64,000 bases of DNA, taken from assembly GCA_045863395.1 (NCBI GenBank), contig BTVJ01000002.1, positions 96,001-160,000 of the forward strand, in the 5' to 3' direction. The notes under the pieces were generated by a model. It worked only from the letters and a program-made list of their open reading frames with translations. It was not told where the DNA came from and made no database searches. Position numbers and translations under genes: made by a program. The DNA comes from Myxococcales bacterium (GTDB lineage Bacteria > Myxococcota_A > UBA9042 > JABWCM01 > BTVJ01). Positions 49,326 to 58,006 of this stretch are shown here, piece by piece (the stretch's first letter is position 1; each line of letters begins with the position of its first letter).

Positions 49326-49781
49326 CTAGTCATCGATGACGGCGAGACCGCGGCGCTTGAGGTCCTGAATGGAGGCCAGCATTCCCCGAATGGCATCCTC
49401 CGAGTGCCCCTCCCAGTCCTCGACCACGCCAACGACCCTGACTGGCTCCGGCGTGCGATAGGACCTCGTCGGGTTGCCAGGAGATCGCTTGTTCGTGAGG
49501 TTGGGGTCGTCCTCAAAAGGTCCAGTTGGCTCGACCAGGTAGATGCGGCCGCGACCCTCCAGACCGGCAAACGACATCGCGAGCTCTGCGCCCCAGATGG
49601 CAGGTTCCAGGATCGCGGAGAAGTACAGGTTCCTGGAAATTCGGCCTTCCTCGTAGTTGGAGGGATGGCCGGGGCACAGCAGCTCGCCGACAACCAGGTC
49701 CACCTTTGTGCCGTGATAGAACGGTCCGAGGACTTGCCCGCAGTTCTCCAGTGTGACAGGGTTCCACCGATCATCGCTCAT
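49326..49781 (-). CDS. arr: NAD+:rifampin ADP-ribosyltransferase
   Basis: GPFYHGTK, LYFSA, WGAELA, IYLVEPTGPFEDDPNLT, PGNPTRSYR; GGAGG before ATG. Confidence 0.92.
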   Translation of the reverse strand: MSDDRWNPVTLENCGQVLGPFYHGTKVDLVVGELLCPGHPSNYEEGRISRNLYFSAILEPAIWGAELAMSFAGLEGRGRIYLVEPTGPFEDDPNLTNKRSPGNPTRSYRTPEPVRVVGVVEDWEGHSEDAIRGMLASIQDLKRRGLAVIDD

Positions 49782-49976
49782 ATCCAGACCTCCCGACTGA
49801 GAGCCTGACGCCTGAACTCTCCGGCCCGCGGGGCTCTCTCCGCTGGCCCGGTGGAGTGACTGCCCCCGACTGGCTGGCCAAGAGGCATGAGTCGGTGTTG
49901 GGAGAGGACGAGCAGGCATCTGCTCTGCCTCCCAGTGCTGTACGAGAGCTCGACTCCGAGACCAAGACGCCAATGT

Positions 49977-50723
49977 TCATCGCGGCATCAGCGCGAACAC
50001 ACCCCAGCCCAGATACTCACGCGTGTAGGCAGCGTGGCGTTCGGGCTCCGAGGCCAGACGGGCTCGAACGTCCTCGGCGGACTCGTCGCCGGGATTGGCT
50101 TCGAGCCACCGGCGCATGGTGAGCCACTTGGCTGCTTCGTATCTGTCCCAGCCGTCCTGGTCGGCCAGGACCATTTCAACGACGTCGTAGCCAAGGTGCC
50201 CAAAGGACGCGAGAAGTCTCGGGAGCATGAGAAAGTCGCCGATTGAGCTGGCAAGACACCCCATGGCAACCTCCTCCGTAGGCGGCAACTGCCGCCAGAA
50301 TGGCTCGCCGATGAGGATGATCCCTCCAGTGCGCAGGCTCCCAGCCAGGAGCTCGATTGTGCCGGCGACGCCGCCGCCGATCCAGGAAGCACCGACACAG
50401 GCTGCTACATCGACCTTCTCCTCCGAGACATAGCCTGCCGCATCGCCATGAATGAACTCGACGTGATCGGAGACACCGAGCTCTACAGCACGCGCCTTCG
50501 CCTGCTCGGTGAACAACTGGCTCATGTCGATGCCGGTTCCGACGATGCCATGATCGCGCGCCCAGGTGCACAGCATCTCCCCCGAACCGCTGCCCAGGTC
50601 GAGCACGCGGGCCCCCGGTCCCAGACGCAGCGCTGCGCCGAGTGTGGCGAGCTTCTCGGCTGTGATGGGGTTGTGAATGCGGTGAGCACTCTCAGTGATG
50701 CTGAAGATCCGTGGGATATCCAT
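49977..50723 (-). CDS. Class I SAM-dependent methyltransferase, E. coli YjhP-like
   Basis: MDIPRIF...HRIHNP, LDLGSGSGEMLCTWARDHG, WDRYEAAKWLTMRRWLEANP. Confidence 0.88.
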   Translation of the reverse strand: MDIPRIFSITESAHRIHNPITAEKLATLGAALRLGPGARVLDLGSGSGEMLCTWARDHGIVGTGIDMSQLFTEQAKARAVELGVSDHVEFIHGDAAGYVSEEKVDVAACVGASWIGGGVAGTIELLAGSLRTGGIILIGEPFWRQLPPTEEVAMGCLASSIGDFLMLPRLLASFGHLGYDVVEMVLADQDGWDRYEAAKWLTMRRWLEANPGDESAEDVRARLASEPERHAAYTREYLGWGVFALMPR

Positions 50724-51172
50724 TGTGAGTCACTTCCTTGCGCTGGGATGGATGTGCCCGATGGTCGAGCGATGCACACGGGGCCGCAGTGAGGTCCATG
50801 CCGTTGGCCGGGTCGGCTCCGGTGGACGGGCGGTTGGTGTCGGGTCGCGGGGCGAGCGCGGGTGCTGGGTGAGGCGCCAGAGCGGCCTGGTCGAGAGGGT
50901 GGGTGGGGCTCGTGTCCCGACTCTGGCCGTGCCGCACGCGGACCCAGGCCCGGGCGCGGTTCCGCGGTGGCCGCCTGGGCAGTGCGCGCAGGTTCGGCGG
51001 TCAGTGGTCGTCTGCGCCGGCCACTCGGAGGCTTCGCGGCAAAGAGGGTGCCGCCTGCGTGCGTTGCCTTGGCGCGCGCGCCGACGTGGCGTCTGTCGCG
51101 CACGTCACGATGCCTCGAGTCCTGGCGGTCCCTGCCCAGGAGCAGGCGCTGCCGGCGAGCCTCTACGTGCAC

Positions 51173-51226
51173 CGCGACACCCAGGGCATGGGCGACAGCA
51201 TGTCTGCAGACGCCCTGGGAGTCGCG
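51173..51226. repeat. Long hairpin in non-coding DNA
   Basis: CGCGAC-A-CCCAGGGC ... GCCCTGGG-A-GTCGCG. Confidence 0.7.
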
Positions 51227-51470
51227 AGGTCTCTTCCGTGCATGGTGCGTGCTCCTCGAGAGAGCGTCTACTCTAGGGGACGGCTCCGGGGGACGTCAAC
51301 AGCGGATGGCCTCGCTCGACGTTCGATGGGCAGGCTGTCCCGCGGTGTGGAGATGTCCTGGTCCCGACAGGATGGTGGAGGTTTCCTCAACACGGGTGGC
51401 TGACCGTGGCGGCACCGAGCACCCTGCCTCGTCCCCGGCGACGTGCCGCAGCGCCTCCCCGCACCTACGC

Positions 51471-52622
51471 TCACAGCGACCCCTGGAGGAGCACGGCGAT
51501 GTGCCAGAAGTCGTCTGCCGTCGTCGGGCGGTCCGGGTAGATGTCGACGGGGATGACCACCGACAGGAAGGGGAAGGCCACGGACGTCTGGATGCGGACT
51601 CCTGCCCGCACCCCGTCTCCATCCACCGCGACAGGCGCCCCGACGCCCAGGCCCAGCGATGGAATCAGAAGGAGGAAGGGGAGGGCGGCCTCGACCGTGG
51701 GGACGATGAGCGCCCTCGTCTGGAAGTCTGTCTCCACGGCCAGCGCGTAGAGGAGCCAGGACGGGGCGGCTATCTCGTAGCCGAGGCGACCGCGCGCCTC
51801 GTAGGGCGAATTCACCCGGGCGCCAATCGCCAGGAAGGGGCCGCCGTGGATCACCGGGGGAGCATCCTCTCGCAGCCAGAGGTCGATGTCACCTCCCGTC
51901 GTCGTCCACCGGTCTCCGTCCGGCACCCACCCACCGCGTTCGACCTCGAGGCGGCCCGAGACCTCCGCGCTCACGCTGCTCGTCGCGCCGTCGGGCGTCG
52001 AGACATGGATGTGCCACGTCGTGTCCGCGTCGTCGCCGACCAGGAGCGGGTGCCGCGTCTGCACCGCGGTGAGCGCCCACGTGGTGCGCTGCCACTCCGG
52101 GGGAGGCGCCAGCACTCCCGTGAGGCGGACCTCGACGCGCGCGCCAGGGGGCGCTGCGGTCATGAGCGTCACCTGTCCCCCACCGTCCGTCGTCGGGGCG
52201 CCCGCCTGGGCCGGATCTGCCACGCAGCCCTCGCAGCGGCCGCCCTGGCAGCACTGGACGTCCTGGACCGTGAGCCAGGCGCCCCGCAGGACTCCTCGCA
52301 GCGTCCCGCCGGTGTCCCCGCAGGTGGCCGCCCACACGGCGCGCACGTCACACCGCAGGCCCCCGTCCCGGGCACAGCGGATCCAGACATCTCCAGACGT
52401 CACCGCGGCCCCGCTCTCCCATCGCGGCCCCTCGAGGGTGCCCGAGAAGCGGCGCGGGGCCGGGATGGCGCCGGCTGGCCCCGCGAGGGACGCCAGGGTC
52501 AGGGCGATGACCACCACTGCACGCCCAGCCCAGCCGCCAGCTTCCCGCTCCCGCGGTCCTGCCGCTCGCCGTCCTGGCTCCCCACCGTCTCTGGTGCTCG
52601 TAGCTGCGTCCCTGCGGGTCAT
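51471..52622 (-). CDS. Hypothetical exported protein, possible C-terminal beta-barrel
   Basis: Hydrophobic signal-like segment VVVIALTLASLAGPAGA; Cys cluster; amphipathic beta-strand-like C-terminus; GGAGG before ATG. Confidence 0.6.
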   Translation of the reverse strand: MTRRDAATSTRDGGEPGRRAAGPREREAGGWAGRAVVVIALTLASLAGPAGAIPAPRRFSGTLEGPRWESGAAVTSGDVWIRCARDGGLRCDVRAVWAATCGDTGGTLRGVLRGAWLTVQDVQCCQGGRCEGCVADPAQAGAPTTDGGGQVTLMTAAPPGARVEVRLTGVLAPPPEWQRTTWALTAVQTRHPLLVGDDADTTWHIHVSTPDGATSSVSAEVSGRLEVERGGWVPDGDRWTTTGGDIDLWLREDAPPVIHGGPFLAIGARVNSPYEARGRLGYEIAAPSWLLYALAVETDFQTRALIVPTVEAALPFLLLIPSLGLGVGAPVAVDGDGVRAGVRIQTSVAFPFLSVVIPVDIYPDRPTTADDFWHIAVLLQGSL

Positions 52623-52711
52623 CGCGTCCTCCATGCCCCGTCCAACGCCCACCAGGCTCCGAGCTTACACCCACTGGCGCTTCCCCCCGACCTCGGACTA
52701 CCATGGCTCCC

Positions 52712-55273
52712 ATGCGCGCCTCCGCCCTCATGGCCGCCCTCGTCGTGGCCTTCACCGCTGCCCCCGCCGCCGCCAAGGACACCTGGACCACCCCCTACCC
52801 GGGCGTCAAGCGGCTGCACCGCACGACCAGCGATCCGCTGCACATCCACGCCCTGGTCGTCGACCTGTGCGTACCCGGGGTCAGCCTGCGCGCCACGGCC
52901 GGCGGCGAGCGCAAGCGGACCGTGTCGTCCTTCGGGAAGCTCGTGTCTGCTGAGGCTGCCGTCAACGGGGACTTCTTCAGCTACGCCACCTACGGGACGT
53001 CCGGCCTCGCCATGGGGAATGGCGGCAAGTGGGCGGACACGAAGGACACCAGCTCCTCGGGCTTCGTGGCGTTCGGGCAGATCCTCGCCGAGCTCTCCTT
53101 GCCGAGCGCCGTCGTGGATGCTCCACCCGGCGCCACCGAGGTGGTCTCGGGGCGCCCCCTGATCGTCAAGGACGGCGCAGTGCCCGCCATCAACTGCACT
53201 TCGCACTACTGCGAGCTGCACCCGCGCACCGCGGTGGGGCTCTCGAAGGACCGGCGCACCCTGTACCTCGTGGTCGTGGACGGTCGGACCACGAAGAGCA
53301 TTGGCGTCACGTGCAAGAAGCTCGGCGCCATCCTCGTCGACCTCGGGGCGCACGTCGGTCTGAACCTCGACGGCGGGGGCTCGTCGGCCATGTGGGTGGC
53401 GAAGAGCGGGGTCGTCAACGACCCCTCGGACGGCAACGAGCGCGTCGTCGCCAACCACCTCGCCGTGCAGGCCAACGGCCTCGGCGCCGGGTCGGCGCCC
53501 ATGTGCGTCGAGGACCCCACGGAAGAAGTGCTGCACCTGACCGCGGGCCTGGACGCGGCCGAGTCCACCGACTTCGACGGCGACGGCCGGGCCGACGCCT
53601 GCGCCCGCGCTGCGGCCGGGTTCCGGTGCCACCCCTCCACGGGCGCCGGCTTCGGCGCCGCCGCGAACATCGCCGACCTGAGCAACGCCGCCGGCTTCGA
53701 TGACCCGGCCAACTGGGCGACCATCCGCATGGGGGACGTCACCGGGGACGGGCGCGCCGACGTGTGCGCCCGCACGGACCTCGGGTTGCGCTGCTGGCCG
53801 TCCACGGGCGCCGGCTTCGGCCCGCCAATCACGGGCCCCGAGCTCTCCGACGCCCAAGGGTGGGCCAAGCTGTCTCACGCCACGACCCTGCGCCTCGGAG
53901 ACATTGACGGAGACGGCCGCGCCGACCTGTGCGCCCGCGCCGGCAAGGGGATGCTCTGCTGGCGGTCCCTCGGAGACTCCTTCGCCCCATCGGTCCCGGG
54001 CCCCGAGTGGTCGAATGCCGCAGGCTGGGACACCCCCGAGCGCTACGGGACCATCCGCATGGCGGACGTGGACGGCGATGGGCGCGCCGACCTGTGCGGC
54101 CTGTCCCCCACCGGAGTCGAGTGCTGGCTGTCCGACGGCGCGGGCTTCCCGACCCTGGTGTCCGGCCCTGCGTGGAAGGCCGGCTGGTCCAAGCTCGCGT
54201 ACTGGAGCACGCTGCGCGTTGCCGACGTGGACGGAGACGGCCTTGCCGATGTCTGCGCCCGCTCGGCAAAAGGGCTGGTCTGCCACCTGAGCCAAGGGAC
54301 CTCCTTCGGGCCCGCCCTCCAGTCCGACTTCATGTCCGACGCGAGCGGCTGGTGGGAGCAGTCCAACTACCTGACCCTGCGCCTCGGAGACATCGACGGC
54401 GATGGCGACCTCGACGCCTGCGCCCGGGCAAACAAGCTCGTCGTCTGCAAGAAGTGGACAGCCACCGGATTCTCGGGCGCCACCATCGACGGCCCGACGC
54501 TCTCGGATGAGTCGGGGTGGCACCCCTTCCGCTTCTTCCGCTCCCTGCGCCTTGCGGACGTCGATGGCGACGGGCGCGACGACGTGTGCGCCCGGGGCTC
54601 GGCCGGCCTCTCGTGCTGGAAGTCCACCGGCGCCGCCTTCCCGACCAAGATCACGGGCCCACCATGGAGCGACGACTCTGGCTGGGGGGCGCCCCAATAC
54701 TATGGTACAGTGAGACTCGCCACCGCGAGGGTGCTGCCCGTCATCGCGCCCCCGGACCCCGGGGAGGACATCTCGCCCGATGCAGGACCAGACGCCGGGA
54801 GTGACGCCGGAGCGAGCGACGCTCCGGACCATGGCGCTGACACCGCGGGTGACGCGGCCGAGCCCCCGGGCCCGCCCGGCGACATCTCGGCCCCCACCGA
54901 CGACGTCGCGGGTGAGGCCGACAGCGAGACGCCCACTCCCCACGATGACGCCGCCGAGCCGGGTCCAGGCTGGGGCGACCCGGGTGGCGGGCCGTCCTGG
55001 GGCACCCCCCGCAACGGCGCCGACGCCTGGACGGCCGACGCCTGGGCCGCAGACACGTCGACCCCCTCCGAGTGGGCACCCGCCGCCCCGCACAGCTCCG
55101 ATTCGGGCTCCGTCTCTGGCGGGTGCGGATTGGTGTCCGGCGCATCCACGCTCTGGCTCCTCGCGGTGCTCCTCGTCGGCAGGGCCGCCGTCAGTCGTGC
55201 TCGCACACATACGAGTAGGACTCGGAGCACCCGACGTCCACCCACGGCGCGCCGTCCCAGCCCACCCCGATGA
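52712..55273 (+). CDS. Phosphodiester glycosidase (NAGPA/DUF2233) with 7 FG-GAP-like repeats and a MYXO-CTERM-like anchor
   Basis: AVNGDFF, HPRTAVG, VVDGR, NLDGGGSS; seven DxDGDGxxDxC; SGGCG + hydrophobic stretch + Arg-rich tail. Confidence 0.82.
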   Translation: MRASALMAALVVAFTAAPAAAKDTWTTPYPGVKRLHRTTSDPLHIHALVVDLCVPGVSLRATAGGERKRTVSSFGKLVSAEAAVNGDFFSYATYGTSGLAMGNGGKWADTKDTSSSGFVAFGQILAELSLPSAVVDAPPGATEVVSGRPLIVKDGAVPAINCTSHYCELHPRTAVGLSKDRRTLYLVVVDGRTTKSIGVTCKKLGAILVDLGAHVGLNLDGGGSSAMWVAKSGVVNDPSDGNERVVANHLAVQANGLGAGSAPMCVEDPTEEVLHLTAGLDAAESTDFDGDGRADACARAAAGFRCHPSTGAGFGAAANIADLSNAAGFDDPANWATIRMGDVTGDGRADVCARTDLGLRCWPSTGAGFGPPITGPELSDAQGWAKLSHATTLRLGDIDGDGRADLCARAGKGMLCWRSLGDSFAPSVPGPEWSNAAGWDTPERYGTIRMADVDGDGRADLCGLSPTGVECWLSDGAGFPTLVSGPAWKAGWSKLAYWSTLRVADVDGDGLADVCARSAKGLVCHLSQGTSFGPALQSDFMSDASGWWEQSNYLTLRLGDIDGDGDLDACARANKLVVCKKWTATGFSGATIDGPTLSDESGWHPFRFFRSLRLADVDGDGRDDVCARGSAGLSCWKSTGAAFPTKITGPPWSDDSGWGAPQYYGTVRLATARVLPVIAPPDPGEDISPDAGPDAGSDAGASDAPDHGADTAGDAAEPPGPPGDISAPTDDVAGEADSETPTPHDDAAEPGPGWGDPGGGPSWGTPRNGADAWTADAWAADTSTPSEWAPAAPHSSDSGSVSGGCGLVSGASTLWLLAVLLVGRAAVSRARTHTSRTRSTRRPPTARRPSPPR

Positions 55274-56690
55274 TCGCGCATTTCTCGGTGCCGGAGTCGT
55301 CGGGCTCCCCGGGCTCCCCGGGAGCCCAGGGAGGCCCATAGAGCACGTCCTCTCCGGTGACCCACTTCCACGCTCCCTCGGAGCCGCTGTCCGTCAGCCC
55401 GATCCACCAGTGCGAGGTGCTCACGGCCGCTGCGATGCCGGCGACGAAGGCGTTCTCGGCAGCGCTCTGGATTGTCACCAGGTGATACCCGTCGCCGGCG
55501 CTGGCGCAGTTGTTCTTCGCGGTGTTCCAGGTGACCTTGCCGCTGCACAGGAGGTAGGTGCGGCCCTCCTTGTGGACGGAGGGGCAGGGGCAGCCCGCCT
55601 CGTCCACCTCGCCATCGCAGTCGTCGTCCAGCCCGTTGCACTCCTCGGGCGGACCGCTCTCCGGGTCACAGGGGCCCGCCACCCCCCCCACGCACGCCGG
55701 TACCTCGAAGCTGCAGGCCCCACTGCCACACGGGACCGTCCCGAGCTCCTCATCCGTGAGCCCGTCGCAGTCGTCGTCCTTGCCGTTGCAGACCTCGTCC
55801 TTGGCGCCCGCCGTCGGTCCCGTACACTCCCCTGGCTTGCCGCCGAAGCAGGCAGGGACCGTGTGCGCGCAGGCCCCGACACCGCACGGGAGGCTGCCCA
55901 GGTCCTCGTCCGTCTTCCCGTCGCAGTCGTCGTCCTTGCCGTTGCAGACCTCCTCCGTCGCTCCCTCCAGGGGATCACACAGGTTCGCGTTTCCCCCCAC
56001 ACACTTCGGCACGAGGCGGGCGCAGACCCCGACGCCGCAGACCATGTCGCCGAGGCCCTCGTCGGTCTCGCCGTTGCAGTCGTCGTCTGCGCCGTTGCAG
56101 ACCTCCGTGACGGGCTCCGCGGCCGGGCACTCCACCCCGCACGTGGTCGGGGCCTCGCATGCCCCGGCCGCGCACACCGTCGGCGCGTCCTCGTAACCCT
56201 CCAGGCACGGGCACTCCTTGCCGGGCCAGGGCACGCAATATCCGGCTCGGTCGCAGGCCAGACCGCCCGGGCAGGGAGACTCCTCACAGGGAACGGAGCA
56301 GAATCGCCCTGTCTCCCCCGCGATGCGGCAGAGCGCCTCGCCGCCGCAGTCGGCGTCCGTCATGCAAGGCCGGCATTGGAGGCAGTCGTCGTCGAGGCAG
56401 GGGTTTCCGGGTGTGCCGCTGTCAGTCGGGGACGAGTCTCCTCCCCCGGCCCCCCCCGAGTCGACCGCCCCGGTGTCCGCGGGTCCGCCGGATCCTCCGG
56501 AGTCGGTCGCATCCTCCGACCTCGGAGTCACTGCATCCAGGCCCTCACTGTCGTCGCCGCCCCACCCGTCGGCCGCCGCCAGCCCTGGGATGTCATCGAG
56601 CGCCCAGCCCCCCGAGCCGCCGCCAGGAGCATCCCCCGCCGAGCAGCCGACGACGATGCAGAGGGCGAGACAGGCAGGGCGGAGCGTCAT
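55191..56690 (-). CDS. Lipoprotein with four ExCNGxDDDCDG metal-binding-type repeats and a C-terminal C-type lectin domain
   Basis: VVGC lipobox; WNTAKNNC, HLVTIQSAAEN, WIGLTD, EGAWKW, GEPDD, WVDVGC, YVCE. Confidence 0.82.
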   Translation of the reverse strand: MTLRPACLALCIVVGCSAGDAPGGGSGGWALDDIPGLAAADGWGGDDSEGLDAVTPRSEDATDSGGSGGPADTGAVDSGGAGGGDSSPTDSGTPGNPCLDDDCLQCRPCMTDADCGGEALCRIAGETGRFCSVPCEESPCPGGLACDRAGYCVPWPGKECPCLEGYEDAPTVCAAGACEAPTTCGVECPAAEPVTEVCNGADDDCNGETDEGLGDMVCGVGVCARLVPKCVGGNANLCDPLEGATEEVCNGKDDDCDGKTDEDLGSLPCGVGACAHTVPACFGGKPGECTGPTAGAKDEVCNGKDDDCDGLTDEELGTVPCGSGACSFEVPACVGGVAGPCDPESGPPEECNGLDDDCDGEVDEAGCPCPSVHKEGRTYLLCSGKVTWNTAKNNCASAGDGYHLVTIQSAAENAFVAGIAAAVSTSHWWIGLTDSGSEGAWKWVTGEDVLYGPPWAPGEPGEPDDSGTEKCAIIGVGWDGAPWVDVGCSESYSYVCEHD

Positions 56691-56752
56691 GGGGGACCTC
56701 ACGGCAGGGGACCTTCGCACGCTACCACGGCGGCGGTCCCGAAGCGATGCTC

Positions 56753-58006
56753 TCAGAGCCCCAGCGCCTCGATGTCGGCGCTGGTGCACTCTGCAGGGGC
56801 GGTCACGGGGTTGCACCGGCTCGGCGTACCGCCGGGGATCTCACACACGTAGTCGATGCCCTCCACGGGCGCCGGGTAGTCGCTGCTGATCATGTGCGCG
56901 CCGCTCTTGAGCGCGGCGTCCCGTCGCCCCACCTGCTTCTCCACGAGCGTTCCATGGTCCGTGTCCCCCCGGGTGCGCACGATGAAGCCCGCCGACACAG
57001 CCTCGGCGATGGCGTCTGCGTCGCCCACGGGGTCGTCCAGCAGCAGGATCCCGGCCCAGGCGTCGTTCACCCCCCCATCTGCAAACATCACGCGGCCCTC
57101 CAACGACGGGTGCCCGACCAGATACTCGTCGCGGTGGGCGCCGCTGTCGAGCAAGGTGACCACCAGCTTCCCCCGGGTCTGCCCCAGGGTCGGCCACCCC
57201 TCCGCAATGATCGCCTCCCGCAGCGTCGGGAAGCCCCCACGCACGTCGTCCGGGGTCAGGACGCGAGAGCGGTCCCACACCTCCAGGATGGCGGCATCCA
57301 GCTCGGCGATGTGCCCCTTGAGCTTGACGGGGTCCACCTCGTCCTTGGGCTCGATGAGGATGAAGATCGCGTGGTGGCCCGGGTGGGCATCCGACCACTT
57401 GAGCACCACGGTCAGACACTCGTGGAGAGTCTCACAGGTCGTCACCCCGTCCAGGATGGGGATGTGCTTCACCGTGAACCCAACCGGCGGCTCCAGGTGC
57501 ACGTCCAGCTCGAACTGGCGGACCCCCTGGGCGCCGAGCTGCACGTCGAGGGGCTCGTGGCTGTAGGCCCAGTCGGAGAGCGTCGTGTCCGGGGGCTGTA
57601 CGTGGTAGCTGTTGTGTGTGCCCAGCGCCTGCAGGTGGTTCAGGCGGAGCACGTCGTCGAGCGGGTAGTCCGGGGAGTGCACGTCCGGCGCTCCGGCGTC
57701 CTCGGGAGGCTGGCCCGCGTCTCCGCCGGTCCCGTCGTCGGCAGCATCCACGGCCACAGTGGCGTCCACCGCCGTCGCGTCCGCGTCTCCCCGCGCGTCT
57801 CCCCGCGCGTCCAAGAGCACGTCCCCCAGGGCGTCCATCACGGCGTCGTCCGCCCCAGTCACGTCCGAAGCCGCCCCAACGTCCGCCGCACCCGGGACGT
57901 CCGCCCCGGCCACTCCCCCATCCACGCCCCCCGGGCCGCCGTCCGACTCGCCCCCGCACCCCGCGAGCATCACCGCCAGGAGCGCCGCAACCCCACGCAA
58001 TCTCAC
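56753..58006 (-). CDS. Ca2+-dependent PI-PLC-like phosphodiesterase lipoprotein
   Basis: LAGC; LRLNHLQALGTHNSYH, QLGAQGVRQFELDVH, WSDAHPGH, GWPTL, SGAHMISSDYP. Confidence 0.82.
   Translation of the reverse strand: MRLRGVAALLAVMLAGCGGESDGGPGGVDGGVAGADVPGAADVGAASDVTGADDAVMDALGDVLLDARGDARGDADATAVDATVAVDAADDGTGGDAGQPPEDAGAPDVHSPDYPLDDVLRLNHLQALGTHNSYHVQPPDTTLSDWAYSHEPLDVQLGAQGVRQFELDVHLEPPVGFTVKHIPILDGVTTCETLHECLTVVLKWSDAHPGHHAIFILIEPKDEVDPVKLKGHIAELDAAILEVWDRSRVLTPDDVRGGFPTLREAIIAEGWPTLGQTRGKLVVTLLDSGAHRDEYLVGHPSLEGRVMFADGGVNDAWAGILLLDDPVGDADAIAEAVSAGFIVRTRGDTDHGTLVEKQVGRRDAALKSGAHMISSDYPAPVEGIDYVCEIPGGTPSRCNPVTAPAECTSADIEALGL

Noticed and set aside
49260..50800. Integron cassette array around arr
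   Set aside because: I found no convincing attC (complementary RYYYAAC...GTTRRRY) and there is no integrase in the window. An IntegronFinder run would settle it.
51370..51392. tRNA/tmRNA 3' end (minus-strand CTCCACCA) as an integration site
   Set aside because: There is no T-arm (GTTCGA) or cloverleaf upstream.
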